Source: an uncultured Veillonellaceae bacterium
Lineage (GTDB): Bacteria; Bacillota; Negativicutes; JARBTT01
Direction of reading: 5' to 3'
Assembly (NCBI GenBank): GCA_963805085.1
Contig: CAWDTA010000005.1
Location: forward strand, 544,001 to 608,000
DNA: 64,000 nt
Position 1 is the first letter of the stretch. Each line of letters begins with the position of its first letter. Shown here piece by piece: positions 1 through 9,086 of this stretch. Made by a program: the position numbers and the translations under genes. The notes beneath the pieces are model-generated. The model did no database searches. It was not told where the DNA came from and saw nothing but the letters and a program-made list of their open reading frames with translations.

Positions 1-4
1 AAAA

Positions 5-898
5 TTGGCCAAGGCACTTCCTGCTGGAGCTTTTTTTGCTAATTTAGGGATGAATATTGGACGAAATTTAGGTGTGCTGAGAATGGTTGGAATTTCTGAT
101 AAAAGGCCACTACCAAGCTATGCAACTGAGAGTTTTCACAAACAGTTTAAGAAAATACGTCAGCAAAGTTTTCCTAATAAAGTAGTTTTTTATCCGGGGT
201 GCTTTGTTAATTTTAATGATCCTAAAGTTGGTTTGGATTTTTTGGCGGTGATGCAAAAAAATCAATATGAAGTTATTGTTGAAGAGGAATTTGTGTGTTG
301 TGGTTCTCCTCTATTGGTAAATGGGTATCTTGATGAGGTTGAACAAAATGCAAAAAAAAATACTCAATTAATTAAAAAGTGGGTAGATAAAGGATATAAG
401 GTAATTACCTGCTGCACGAGTTGTGGTTTGATGCTTAAGCAAGAATACCAGGAATTATTTGAAATAGATGGGGTAAAAGAAAATGCAAAAAGTATTTATG
501 ATGCATCAGAATTTTTAATGCAGCTATATGATGAAGGTAAGTTAAATCTTAACTTTGGGAGATTACAGGAAAAATATCTTTATCATGCGCCTTGCCATCT
601 GCGGGCGCAAGGCTTTGGGTTGCCAGCGGTGGATTTGCTGAAGGATGTTGCTGGAGTGAATATAGAAAATGCGGATGCTGGCTGTTGTGGTGTTTCTGGT
701 AATTATGGCTTTAAAGCGGATAAGTATGATACTGCTATGGCCATTGGTGGAAATTTATTTAGTACGATTAAAGAGAGTGGTGTTAGGACTGTTGTTAGTG
801 AGTGTGGAACGTGCCGAATGCAAATTAATCATGGTGCAAGTGTAGATACAGTGCATCCACTGACGGTTCTACGAAATGTATATGAAGCGAAAAAATAA
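5..898 (+). CDS. glpC: Anaerobic glycerol-3-phosphate dehydrogenase subunit C-like CCG-domain Fe-S protein (5' end probably outside window)
   Basis: Two CCG domains (FYPGC...CCG...CTSC; YHAPCH...CCG...CGTC); the ORF begins at the window edge. Confidence 0.7.
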   Translation: MAKALPAGAFFANLGMNIGRNLGVLRMVGISDKRPLPSYATESFHKQFKKIRQQSFPNKVVFYPGCFVNFNDPKVGLDFLAVMQKNQYEVIVEEEFVCCGSPLLVNGYLDEVEQNAKKNTQLIKKWVDKGYKVITCCTSCGLMLKQEYQELFEIDGVKENAKSIYDASEFLMQLYDEGKLNLNFGRLQEKYLYHAPCHLRAQGFGLPAVDLLKDVAGVNIENADAGCCGVSGNYGFKADKYDTAMAIGGNLFSTIKESGVRTVVSECGTCRMQINHGASVDTVHPLTVLRNVYEAKK

Positions 899-909
899 AG
901 CATTAAATT

Positions 910-948
910 AAGAGAGCATTTTCATTTGAGAATGCTCTCTTGATTTAT
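910..948 (+). terminator. Intrinsic terminator after glpC-like gene
   Basis: AAGAGAGCATT...AATGCTCTCTT inverted repeat followed by T-rich sequence. Confidence 0.75.
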
Positions 949-1027
949 TCTGTTAGTTGCTTTCCATATTCTATGTAATATGTTACAATACTATTTACGA
1001 ATATTACTATTTAGGAGGCCATCATAA

Positions 1028-1459
1028 ATGGAAGAGTTAGTTGCACTTCTACGGGAAAAAGGCTATAAGATCACACCACAGCGCAGGGCTGTGATTGCTG
1101 CTCTTTTGGAGAGTGAAAAGTTTCCTACGGCGCAGCAAGTGTTGGAGATTGTGAAAAAGACGAATCCAGATGTGAGTTTGGATACGGTGTATAGAAATTT
1201 GGGTCTTTTAATAGAGCTAAATATTGTGTATGAAATCAATACCCAAAGTAGTGCTGGCAATGTATTTGAAATCGTTCATATACACCATGAGCATCACCAT
1301 CATTTGGTATGCTTGGTATGTGGTAAAACAGAGTGTATTGATATTTGCCCAGTCAATCAAGACTATATTGCCGAAGTTGAGAAGCGTGGCTTTGAAGTTA
1401 CAGGGCATACGTTTGAGTTTTATGGAAAATGTCAAAAGTGTAGAGAAGCTAAATCATAA
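1028..1459 (+). CDS. Fur-family transcriptional regulator (probably Zur)
   Basis: KITPQRR, TVYRNL, HHHHLVCLVCG, C-terminal CQKC; SD AGGAGG; upstream of Zn-type ABC genes. Confidence 0.9.
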   Translation: MEELVALLREKGYKITPQRRAVIAALLESEKFPTAQQVLEIVKKTNPDVSLDTVYRNLGLLIELNIVYEINTQSSAGNVFEIVHIHHEHHHHLVCLVCGKTECIDICPVNQDYIAEVEKRGFEVTGHTFEFYGKCQKCREAKS

Positions 1460-1478
1460 TTGCAGGGGGAAAAGACTC

Positions 1479-2270
1479 GTGTTAAGGAAATTTTTACACC
1501 ATAATAGCGCTAAGCAAGAAGAACAATGTAGTAAGCTATGTTGTACGAAAATTGAGGGCTTTGGTGTTACGATTGGAAAAACGGAAATTTTTAAAGATGT
1601 AAATCTTCACATCCATTGCGGTGAGTTAACAGCACTTATTGGACCAAATGGTGCTGGGAAGAGTACACTCTTAAAAGCTATTTTGGGTGAGATTGAGCAT
1701 GAAGGAAAGCTCAATTATTTTGATGCCAAGGGTGAACATACGGGAAATCCTGTGATTGGCTATGTGCCTCAGTATTTAAATTTTGATCTAAGTACACCGA
1801 CAAGTGTCATGGATTTGTTTATGAGTTGTTTGACAAATCTTCCAGCGTGGCTTTGTAGTTCCAATAAGCTAAGAGACCGGGTACTAGAAAATTTGCGACG
1901 TGTAAAGGCTGAGTACTTAATTGATCGTCGCTTGGGTGCTTTATCTGGCGGCGAGCTGCAACGTGTTTTGCTGGCGTTAGCGCTTGATCCTGTGCCCGAT
2001 TTATTATTACTAGATGAGCCAGTATCCGGGGTTGACCAAAATGGTTTGGAACTTTTTTATGAGATTGTTTCCGAGTTGAGAGCAAGTAATGACTTGGCGA
2101 TTATTTTGATTTCGCATGATTTAAGTTTGGTTGCCAAACATGCTGATCGTGTGGTGCTGTTAAATAAAACGGTGGTATGTAACGGATCGCCGGAGTTTGT
2201 CTTTAACAACGAAGAAACTCGTAAAGTTTTTGGTATGCTGGTTAGTCCAATGGATAAGGGGGCGAGATAA
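1479..2270 (+). CDS. znuC: Zn/Mn ABC transporter ATP-binding protein (ZnuC-like)
   Basis: GPNGAGKST, LSGGELQR, LLLLDEP; GTG start at 1479 after AGGGGG, in frame with ORF 1224..2270. Confidence 0.85.
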   Translation: MLRKFLHHNSAKQEEQCSKLCCTKIEGFGVTIGKTEIFKDVNLHIHCGELTALIGPNGAGKSTLLKAILGEIEHEGKLNYFDAKGEHTGNPVIGYVPQYLNFDLSTPTSVMDLFMSCLTNLPAWLCSSNKLRDRVLENLRRVKAEYLIDRRLGALSGGELQRVLLALALDPVPDLLLLDEPVSGVDQNGLELFYEIVSELRASNDLAIILISHDLSLVAKHADRVVLLNKTVVCNGSPEFVFNNEETRKVFGMLVSPMDKGAR

Positions 2271-3115
2271 TGTTAGAGAATGTTTATGGCATATTGGATG
2301 CTCTATTGCCTTATCAATGGATGGATCATAATTTTATGAAGAATGCTTTTTTAGCGGTTCTGATGGTAACGCCGCTTTTTGGTTTATTGGGTACGATGGT
2401 CGTTAGTAATCGGATGGCGTTTTTCTCGGATTCACTTGGACATGGCGCGTTTACTGGTATCGCCATTGGTGTGCTAATGGGAGGTGTACAACCGCTACTT
2501 TCTATTGTATTGTTTTCGATCGCATTTGCTATGATTATTACTTATATTAAAAGTAAAAGTAGTGCTTCCACGGATACGATTATTGGAGTGTTTTCTTCGA
2601 CGGCAATTGCGGTCGGGTTAATGATGATGTCGTATGGTGGTGGCTTTGGTAAGTTTTCATCCTATTTAATAGGTGATTTACTCAGCATATCCCCACTAGA
2701 ACTTGCTACATTATTCGGGGTGTTTTTGTTGGTAGTCGTAGTTTGGATGGTGATGTTTAATAAATTATTAATCATCAGTATCAATACAGCTTTGGCAGCA
2801 AGCCGTGGGATCAATACATTATTTATTGAAATGGTTTTTGCTGCGCTGCTTGCAGTTGTGGTGGCAATTAGTATTCAGTGGGTCGGACTTTTGATTATTA
2901 ATTCTATGCTTGTTTTACCAGCAGCCGCCGCGCGTAATATTACGAATAATGTAAAACAATATCATCTTGTTTCAGTAGTATTCGCTTTGTTTGCTGGAAT
3001 TACTGGACTTATTGCTTCTTATTATTGCAACACTGCAACAGGTGCAACCGTAGTATTGGTATCGGCAATCTTGTTTTTTGTTACGTTGATTTTGAAAAGT
3101 AGTATGGCTCGTTGA
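2270..3115 (+). CDS. znuB: Zn/Mn ABC transporter permease (ZnuB-like)
   Basis: ABC-3 permease motifs (FFSDSLGH, YLIGD, LPAAAAR); hydrophobic; overlaps znuC stop. Confidence 0.88.
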   Translation: MLENVYGILDALLPYQWMDHNFMKNAFLAVLMVTPLFGLLGTMVVSNRMAFFSDSLGHGAFTGIAIGVLMGGVQPLLSIVLFSIAFAMIITYIKSKSSASTDTIIGVFSSTAIAVGLMMMSYGGGFGKFSSYLIGDLLSISPLELATLFGVFLLVVVVWMVMFNKLLIISINTALAASRGINTLFIEMVFAALLAVVVAISIQWVGLLIINSMLVLPAAAARNITNNVKQYHLVSVVFALFAGITGLIASYYCNTATGATVVLVSAILFFVTLILKSSMAR

Positions 3116-3173
3116 TAGCTTGCATATATATTGAATGAGGTTTAATTATTTGCGACCTATATGGGGTGGATTT

Positions 3174-3422
3174 ATGATAGACCGAAGTCATTTGGAGGAT
3201 TTAGCGGAAACTTTTTTCTATGTAGATTTATTGAGTTCAATTATACTTCTTTATATTTATTATGAAAGAATAAGGTTAAATGATGCAGACGCTGCCGTCA
3301 TCGCCAGAGAAAAGCAAGAATTGAATGCGAAATTTGTATCCATCAATGATCGTATTGAAGCATTGGAAGAAAGTTTCAATACGATCGAAGATTTATTGCG
3401 ACAAATCATATGTGAAAAATAA
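3174..3422 (+). CDS. Hypothetical protein with predicted coiled-coil C-terminus
   Basis: ATG 3174 after GGGGTGGA, in frame with ORF 3135..3422; no recognised motif. Confidence 0.55.
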   Translation: MIDRSHLEDLAETFFYVDLLSSIILLYIYYERIRLNDADAAVIAREKQELNAKFVSINDRIEALEESFNTIEDLLRQIICEK

Positions 3423-3428
3423 ATTTAC

Positions 3429-3457
3429 TTGACAATATAGTATTAACGTGATACTAT
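3429..3457 (+). promoter_or_regulatory. Sigma-A promoter for tRNA-Leu
   Basis: TTGACA-17 nt-TACTAT with extended TG. Confidence 0.65.
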
Positions 3458-3489
3458 TTCTTAGTAAGCTAATGGATAAGTTGGCGTAC

Positions 3490-3573
3490 GCGGGAGTGGC
3501 GGAATGGCAGACGCACCAGACTTAGGATCTGGCGCCGCAAGGTGTAGGAGTTCAAGTCTCCTCTCCCGCACCA
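3490..3573 (+). tRNA. tRNA-Leu (TAG)
   Basis: GCGGGAG/CTCCCGC acceptor stem, CCAGA-CTTAGGA-TCTGG anticodon arm, long variable arm, TTCAAGT loop, encoded CCA. Confidence 0.97.
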
Positions 3574-3584
3574 TTTGAAATTAT

Positions 3585-3615
3585 GACCCCTGTGAGAAAT
3601 CACGGGGGTTTTGTT
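3585..3615 (+). terminator. tRNA terminator
   Basis: GACCCCTGTGA-GAAA-TCACGGGGGTT followed by T tract. Confidence 0.85.
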
Positions 3616-3641
3616 ACATAGTTAAAGATAGATAGTCTAGC

Positions 3642-3666
3642 AGGATAATTTATGATGTTGGCGAAT
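3642..3666 (+). promoter_or_regulatory. Sigma-H-type promoter upstream of eutW
   Basis: AGGA-17 nt-GAAT. Confidence 0.6.
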
Positions 3667-3708
3667 TTAAGAAAATAATATCAATCGTAAGTTAAAATCT
3701 AAATAACT

Positions 3709-3769
3709 GGCAATGTGGCCTATTATGATCGTTGGTAAAACTGATGATTATGATAGGCTTTTTCTTTTT
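3709..3769 (+). promoter_or_regulatory. ANTAR-type hairpin overlapping a leader terminator (eutWV leader)
   Basis: GGC-AATGTG-GCC hexaloop (A1, G4); its 3' GCC begins the long terminator stem GCCTATTAT...ATGATAGGC followed by T tract. Confidence 0.75.
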
Positions 3770-3800
3770 AGGCTTTGGTACGATTTCGCTCGGAGGTTTT

Positions 3801-5267
3801 ATGATGTTAACACAAAGACAGCTCATTCGATGTTTATGTTTAGAACATACGGATCTATCAACAGAAGATATTACAATTCTAGAAAATATGGCTGGTCAGC
3901 TTCAGGTAATAGCAACACTAACCAATACGGATGTTTTTATTGACACACTGAGTAATAATAGAGTGGATAGTATTGTCTTAGCATGGGCGCATTCTTCGGG
4001 TTCTCCACCTTTATATCGCAAGAGTGTTGTCGGTGAAATGGCTTATGCGACGCAGGAACCAGCTGTGTCACAAGCTCTTTTAACTGGGGAAAATTTTTAT
4101 AATATTCGTGGCGTTAGTCAGGAAGGGATACCAATTGCACAGACCGTAGTTCCTTTGCCTAATACTAGCGGTCAAATCATTGGTGTGCTAATTATGGAAA
4201 AGGATATTTCTGAAGAAATTCGCCAAGAAGAACAGGTCAAGTTTTTGACGCAGACCGCAGATCGTTTAAGTCAGACGTTGATGTCTTTAACAACTACCGG
4301 GTGTGGTTGGGAAGAATGGGTTGGAAATGGAATTTTTGTATTGAACAATCAAGGAAAAATTACTTATGCGAATAAACGCGCGACAGCTATCGTGGAAATT
4401 TTATATGAAGGAAACATCGAGAAAGAAAACTTAATGGCGATGTTGTCATTTACTTCTCTCCAAACAATGATTGAAAAATTGAATAAGCCTAGAAATTTTC
4501 AATTTGGTGATGCCAGCTATTTATTTCAGGCACATTCTTTAGTAACTGGTGGTGTTCTAAGTGGTTGTGTAGTATCTGTTCAAGATGTAACAGAATTACG
4601 GCAAAAAGAACGACAATTAGATATGCAGAGTATTATTATCGAAGAAATTAATCATCGTGTTAAAAATACATTGCAGAATGTAATTTCCTTGTTACGTTTA
4701 CAAATGCGTCGTTCTAGATGGAAGAGTGTGAAAAGTGAATTTACTTCTTGTATTAATCGAGTATTATCAATTTCTAAAGTGTATGAAGTTTTTACTTACC
4801 AATCGCGGGATCTTGTGAATTTATATGAATTGGCGGACTATATCTTAGAAAATATGGTTCAAAGTTCTGTCTTGCCAGAGCAAAATGTGAAAACTATAGT
4901 GGAAGGGCAGGATATTTTTATTCATGCGAGTCAAGCAGTTCCAGTGGCACTGGTCTTAAATGAACTCATTGCCAATTGTTTAAAACATGGGATCAAGGAT
5001 GCACCTTCTGGTGAAATCGATATTACACTCCAGCAATCGGGAGAAAGTATCAAGTTAAAAGTAATGGATAGTGGGAAAGAGGGGGAAATGTTGAACTATT
5101 CATCGGAAGGTAAAGACAGAAAACTGGGCTTGTATATTGTGAAACTATTAATCTGTGAACAATTGGGAGGTGATTTTGAATTAGAATCTTATGGAAAATC
5201 AGTGATTGCGAATCTTTCTATTCCTTTGTGTGGCGTTGTTAGTGAATATAAAAATAGTAAAGTATAG
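3801..5267 (+). CDS. eutW: EutW-like cytoplasmic sensor histidine kinase (H_kinase_N/PAS/HisKA_2)
   Basis: EINHRVKNTLQ motif, NELIANCLKHG N-box, no TM after ATG 3801 (SD GGAGG); adjacent to ANTAR regulator and eut genes. Confidence 0.82.
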   Translation: MMLTQRQLIRCLCLEHTDLSTEDITILENMAGQLQVIATLTNTDVFIDTLSNNRVDSIVLAWAHSSGSPPLYRKSVVGEMAYATQEPAVSQALLTGENFYNIRGVSQEGIPIAQTVVPLPNTSGQIIGVLIMEKDISEEIRQEEQVKFLTQTADRLSQTLMSLTTTGCGWEEWVGNGIFVLNNQGKITYANKRATAIVEILYEGNIEKENLMAMLSFTSLQTMIEKLNKPRNFQFGDASYLFQAHSLVTGGVLSGCVVSVQDVTELRQKERQLDMQSIIIEEINHRVKNTLQNVISLLRLQMRRSRWKSVKSEFTSCINRVLSISKVYEVFTYQSRDLVNLYELADYILENMVQSSVLPEQNVKTIVEGQDIFIHASQAVPVALVLNELIANCLKHGIKDAPSGEIDITLQQSGESIKLKVMDSGKEGEMLNYSSEGKDRKLGLYIVKLLICEQLGGDFELESYGKSVIANLSIPLCGVVSEYKNSKV

Positions 5268-5282
5268 GAGGAGGGAAGGGGA

Positions 5283-5852
5283 ATGAAGCCATTATCTATT
5301 CTAATTGTAGAGGATGAAATATTAATACGGGTTGATATTAGAGAGATTTTAGAGCAGGTTGGTCATATCGTATGCGGGGAATGCGGTAGTGGAACACAAG
5401 CAATCAAATTAGCAAAGCTAACACAACCAGAAATGGTGATTATGGATATTACAATGCCGGGATTAGATGGTTTAGAAACAGCCCAGATCATGCATACGCT
5501 TAATATTCCCGTTATTATGGTCACGGCAAATAGTCAACCGAAAATGATCCAACGTGCTGAAAATGTGCATGTATACGGATATGTGATTAAACCGATATCG
5601 GAACAAAATCTTATTGCGACAATACAAATCGCGTTTGCTCGTTGGAAAGATATGTGCAGTGTACATAAGGAATTGGATAAAATCAAAGAAGATTTAGAGA
5701 ATCAAAAAATAATTGGCAAGGCAAGATCAATTATTCAAGATCGTTTGGGGATTTCTGCTCAACAGGCGCATAAACGCTTATTGCAAGAGGCGATGAAATA
5801 TCAGATGACGCTTGCAGAAATTGCAAAAAAAATCGTACAAAAAATAAAATAA
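5283..5852 (+). CDS. eutV: EutV-like ANTAR-domain response regulator
   Basis: Receiver domain (IVEDE, MDITMPGLDG, KP) plus ANTAR helices (KIIGKARSII...AHKRLLQEAM). Confidence 0.88.
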   Translation: MKPLSILIVEDEILIRVDIREILEQVGHIVCGECGSGTQAIKLAKLTQPEMVIMDITMPGLDGLETAQIMHTLNIPVIMVTANSQPKMIQRAENVHVYGYVIKPISEQNLIATIQIAFARWKDMCSVHKELDKIKEDLENQKIIGKARSIIQDRLGISAQQAHKRLLQEAMKYQMTLAEIAKKIVQKIK

Positions 5853-5870
5853 AAAATAAGTAGTAGTAGC

Positions 5871-5895
5871 AGGATTATTATTAGATATGGCGAAT
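5871..5895 (+). promoter_or_regulatory. Sigma-H-type promoter upstream of eat
   Basis: GCAGGA-17 nt-GAAT, near-identical context to the eutW promoter (TAGCAGGAT...TGGCGAAT). Confidence 0.6.
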
Positions 5896-5952
5896 CATAC
5901 CTAATATAGAAATAATTGATATCAAAAGCATTGCTCTAAAAAGAAATAATGT

Positions 5953-6013
5953 GGCATTAACGCCTAATAAAGATGTTTACTTATGTTGACATTTTTATTA
6001 GGCGTTTATTTTT
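5953..6013 (+). promoter_or_regulatory. First eat-leader terminator with overlapping ANTAR-like hairpin
   Basis: GGC-ATTAAC-GCC overlaps AACGCCTAATAAAGATGT...ACATTTTTATTAGGCGTT plus T tract. Confidence 0.65.
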
Positions 6014-6082
6014 ACCATAGAGAGGAGGCGAATCCTAGGAATAAATAGGTATTGCAGGTTTCAATAATTTCATTTCATAGCG

Positions 6083-6140
6083 GGCAATGTCGCCTATTAT
6101 AGTCCTTTCTTAGGAGAGGCTATAATGGGCGTTTATTTTT
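6083..6140 (+). promoter_or_regulatory. Second eat-leader ANTAR hairpin and terminator
   Basis: GGC-AATGTC-GCC (A1, G4) overlaps CGCCTATTATAG...CTATAATGGGCG plus TTTATTTTT. Confidence 0.78.
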
Positions 6141-6172
6141 GTCTAATAACAATAATAAGGGGGAATGTAATC

Positions 6173-7564
6173 GTGGAGATAAGTAAAGTTGAAACAGGAA
6201 TAAATACGATGGAACAGTATGATAAAACCGATGAAAAGGCTAATCTTTCTCGGGTATTAAAGCCAATTCATTTATGGGCTTTAGCCGTTGGACTCGTTAT
6301 ATCTGGTAATTATTTTGGTTGGAGTTATGGTTTTGCAGCAGGTGGCGTTATGGGATTGGCTATTGCCTTAGTACCAGTGACTATTTTCTACGTTACCTTC
6401 ATTTTATCTTATTCAGAATTAGCAACAGCGATACCGCATGCTGGTGGACCATCTGCCTATGCACGTCGTGCTTTAGGAAAATTTGGTGGCTATATGAATG
6501 GTATCAGTTGTTTGATTGAATTTATATTTGCTCCACCTGCTATAGCTTTAGCGGTAGGCGGTTATATTCACGCTATTTTTCCACTGATTGACGTTATGCC
6601 AGCAACGGTTATCGCATTTTTATTATTTATTTTTATCAACTATTGGGGGATGAAAGTATCTGCTACTTTTGAATTGGTAGTAACAATTGTAGCTTTAGTT
6701 GGTTTAGTAGTTTATTGGGCTATGGCATTACCATATTTTGAAATGTCGCGTGTTATGACGACACCACTACTTCCGAATGGCTTCGACGGAGTTATGGCGG
6801 CAATACCGTTTGCTATTTGGTTCTATTTAGCAATTGAAGGTGGGGCAATGAGCGCTGAAGAAATGGTAAACCCACAAAAAGATATTTCCATTGGCTTCTT
6901 AAGTGGTATGGGGACATTGATGGTTATGGCATTCTTAACATTGTTCTTAACGGCAGGGATTACAGACGTTAAATCAATTGAGGCTGTTGATTTTCCATTA
7001 CCAATGGCGCTGAGTTCTATCTTTGGTGAAGGTTCTTTACCTGTCATGCTAATGAGTTGTATCGGCTTATTTGGTCTCGTTGCTTCTTTGCATGGAATTA
7101 TTCTTGGATATTCTCGCCAAGCGTATGCTATGGCACGTACTGGTTATTTACCTAAATTTTTAGCGTATGTTGATCCGAAACACCATACACCAGTATGGGC
7201 ACTTATTCTTCCTGGAATCTTAGGTTTGGGTGCTGCCTTGACTGGATTAACAGATGTAGTTATTACGATTTCCGTATTTGGCTCAGTTGCTATGTATATT
7301 ATTAGTTTGGTTAGCTTATTTGTATTGCGGACAAAAGAACCAGATCTTAAACGCCCATTTAAAGTTTCTTACCCAATTGTGCCAGCGATTAGCTTACTTA
7401 TCGCAATCTTCTGTTTGGTTAGCTTAGTGTATGCTTCTAGTAATATCCTGCCATATGTGTTAGGTGTTTATGTGTTGGCAATTGTTTACTATTTTATTTG
7501 GGGAAATAAAAATATTCGTCCATTTAAAGAAGAATTTGGTGTACTTGAAGAATTGGATAAATAA
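6173..7564 (+). CDS. eat: Ethanolamine permease (APC family)
   Basis: HLWALAVGLVISGNYFGW, PHAGGP, AIWFYLAIEG motifs; GTG 6173 (alternative ATG 6209); eut context. Confidence 0.92.
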   Translation: MEISKVETGINTMEQYDKTDEKANLSRVLKPIHLWALAVGLVISGNYFGWSYGFAAGGVMGLAIALVPVTIFYVTFILSYSELATAIPHAGGPSAYARRALGKFGGYMNGISCLIEFIFAPPAIALAVGGYIHAIFPLIDVMPATVIAFLLFIFINYWGMKVSATFELVVTIVALVGLVVYWAMALPYFEMSRVMTTPLLPNGFDGVMAAIPFAIWFYLAIEGGAMSAEEMVNPQKDISIGFLSGMGTLMVMAFLTLFLTAGITDVKSIEAVDFPLPMALSSIFGEGSLPVMLMSCIGLFGLVASLHGIILGYSRQAYAMARTGYLPKFLAYVDPKHHTPVWALILPGILGLGAALTGLTDVVITISVFGSVAMYIISLVSLFVLRTKEPDLKRPFKVSYPIVPAISLLIAIFCLVSLVYASSNILPYVLGVYVLAIVYYFIWGNKNIRPFKEEFGVLEELDK

Positions 7565-7666
7565 TATATTAGATTGTTGTTTCGCTTGAGGTTTATGGCT
7601 ATGCTATATAGTTGACTTTTATATAACATAGCCAGCCTAAGAGGGCAAAAGTTGAAGGTATTGTAA

Positions 7667-9058
7667 ATGAAAAATGAAATTTTAAGTGTTGGGATCGATA
7701 TTGGAACAACAACGACACAGGTGATATTCAGCCAGATCACAGTAGAAAGAACAGCTACTTCTACGATTCCTGAAATAAAAATTACCGATAAAGCAATAGT
7801 TTATAAAAGTGAGATTTATTTCACGCCATTAGTATCAAGGTATAAGATAGATTTAGAAAAATTAAAAGAGATCATTAAATCGGAGTATGATAAAGCGCAG
7901 GTGCAAAAACAAGAAATTTCTGTAGGTGCGATTATTATCACTGGAGAAACGGCACGTAAAGAAAATGCCGAAGAAGTACTAACGGCACTAGCTGATTTTG
8001 CTGGTGATTTTGTTGTTGCAACGGCGGGCCCTGACCTAGAATCCATATTAGCGGGTTATGGCTCAGGTGCTGCTGAAGCTTCGAAAAAATTTACAGAATA
8101 TGTTGTCAATTTTGATATTGGTGGCGGTACGACGAATGCCGCTGTATTTTGGGATGGCGAAGTCGTTGATTCTTTTGCTTTAGATATTGGTGGCAGATTG
8201 ATACAAATAGACACCCAAGGCATGATTCAATATATTTCAGATAAAATAAATCCATTGATTCATAGTTTGAACTTGAATTTAGCGATTGGTATGAAGCCTG
8301 AACTAACAGAACTAAAAGTGCTAACTGATGCTTTTGCTACGATGTTTTTACAAATGAATGGCAATCAAAAATTACATGAAGAAGTGGAAAGATTATTTAT
8401 TTTACATACACATAAAGGAATAGCAGCAGGGCATTTTATGTTTTCGGGTGGCGTTGCCGAATTTATTTATAGCGATACTGAGATCAGCAGCATGAAAGAT
8501 GTGATTCGTTTTGGTGATATTGGCCCTTTATTGGGATATTCTATCCGAAAAACTTTTAAGCAGTATCAAAATAGTTTGTTAGAACCTAAAGAAAAAATTA
8601 GAGCTACCGTGATCGGGGTGGGGAGTTATTCTGTAAAAATTAGTGGCAGTACCATTGTATTTGATAATGACGTTCTGCCACTTAGAAATATACCGATTAT
8701 TAAGCTTACAACGTTGGAGAACATGCAGGCTCTAATTCAGAAAAAAACGCAATTGTATGGAGATATTCCCGTAGCAATCGCATTTTCAGGGCCGAAAGCA
8801 CCCTCTTATTTACAAATTAAAGAGATGGCACAAGCAATCATAAAGGGTCTAGCAGAGAATCATCAGCCAATTATTGTGATTGTTGAACATGATTTTGCCA
8901 AAGCATTAGGGCAGATAATTGAGCATGCAATTTGTAAAACGAAGCAGGTAATTTGTATTGATAGAATCCAGGTTGATAATGGCGATTATGTAGATATCGG
9001 TAAATCCATTACCGATATTGTTCCTGTCGTTGTGAAAACGTTAATTTTTAAAAGTTAA
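7667..9058 (+). CDS. eutA: Ethanolamine ammonia-lyase reactivating factor
   Basis: SVGIDIGTTTTQ, IITGETARKENA, DIGGGT, C-terminal VPVVVKTLIF. Confidence 0.95.
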   Translation: MKNEILSVGIDIGTTTTQVIFSQITVERTATSTIPEIKITDKAIVYKSEIYFTPLVSRYKIDLEKLKEIIKSEYDKAQVQKQEISVGAIIITGETARKENAEEVLTALADFAGDFVVATAGPDLESILAGYGSGAAEASKKFTEYVVNFDIGGGTTNAAVFWDGEVVDSFALDIGGRLIQIDTQGMIQYISDKINPLIHSLNLNLAIGMKPELTELKVLTDAFATMFLQMNGNQKLHEEVERLFILHTHKGIAAGHFMFSGGVAEFIYSDTEISSMKDVIRFGDIGPLLGYSIRKTFKQYQNSLLEPKEKIRATVIGVGSYSVKISGSTIVFDNDVLPLRNIPIIKLTTLENMQALIQKKTQLYGDIPVAIAFSGPKAPSYLQIKEMAQAIIKGLAENHQPIIVIVEHDFAKALGQIIEHAICKTKQVICIDRIQVDNGDYVDIGKSITDIVPVVVKTLIFKS

Positions 9059-9086
9059 AGGTTTATGAAAAGAGTAGGTGAGTTGA

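Noticed and set aside
1224-1478. N-terminal extension of the ABC ATPase ORF overlapping fur
   Set aside because: Overlaps the Fur gene; a better SD-linked GTG exists at 1479
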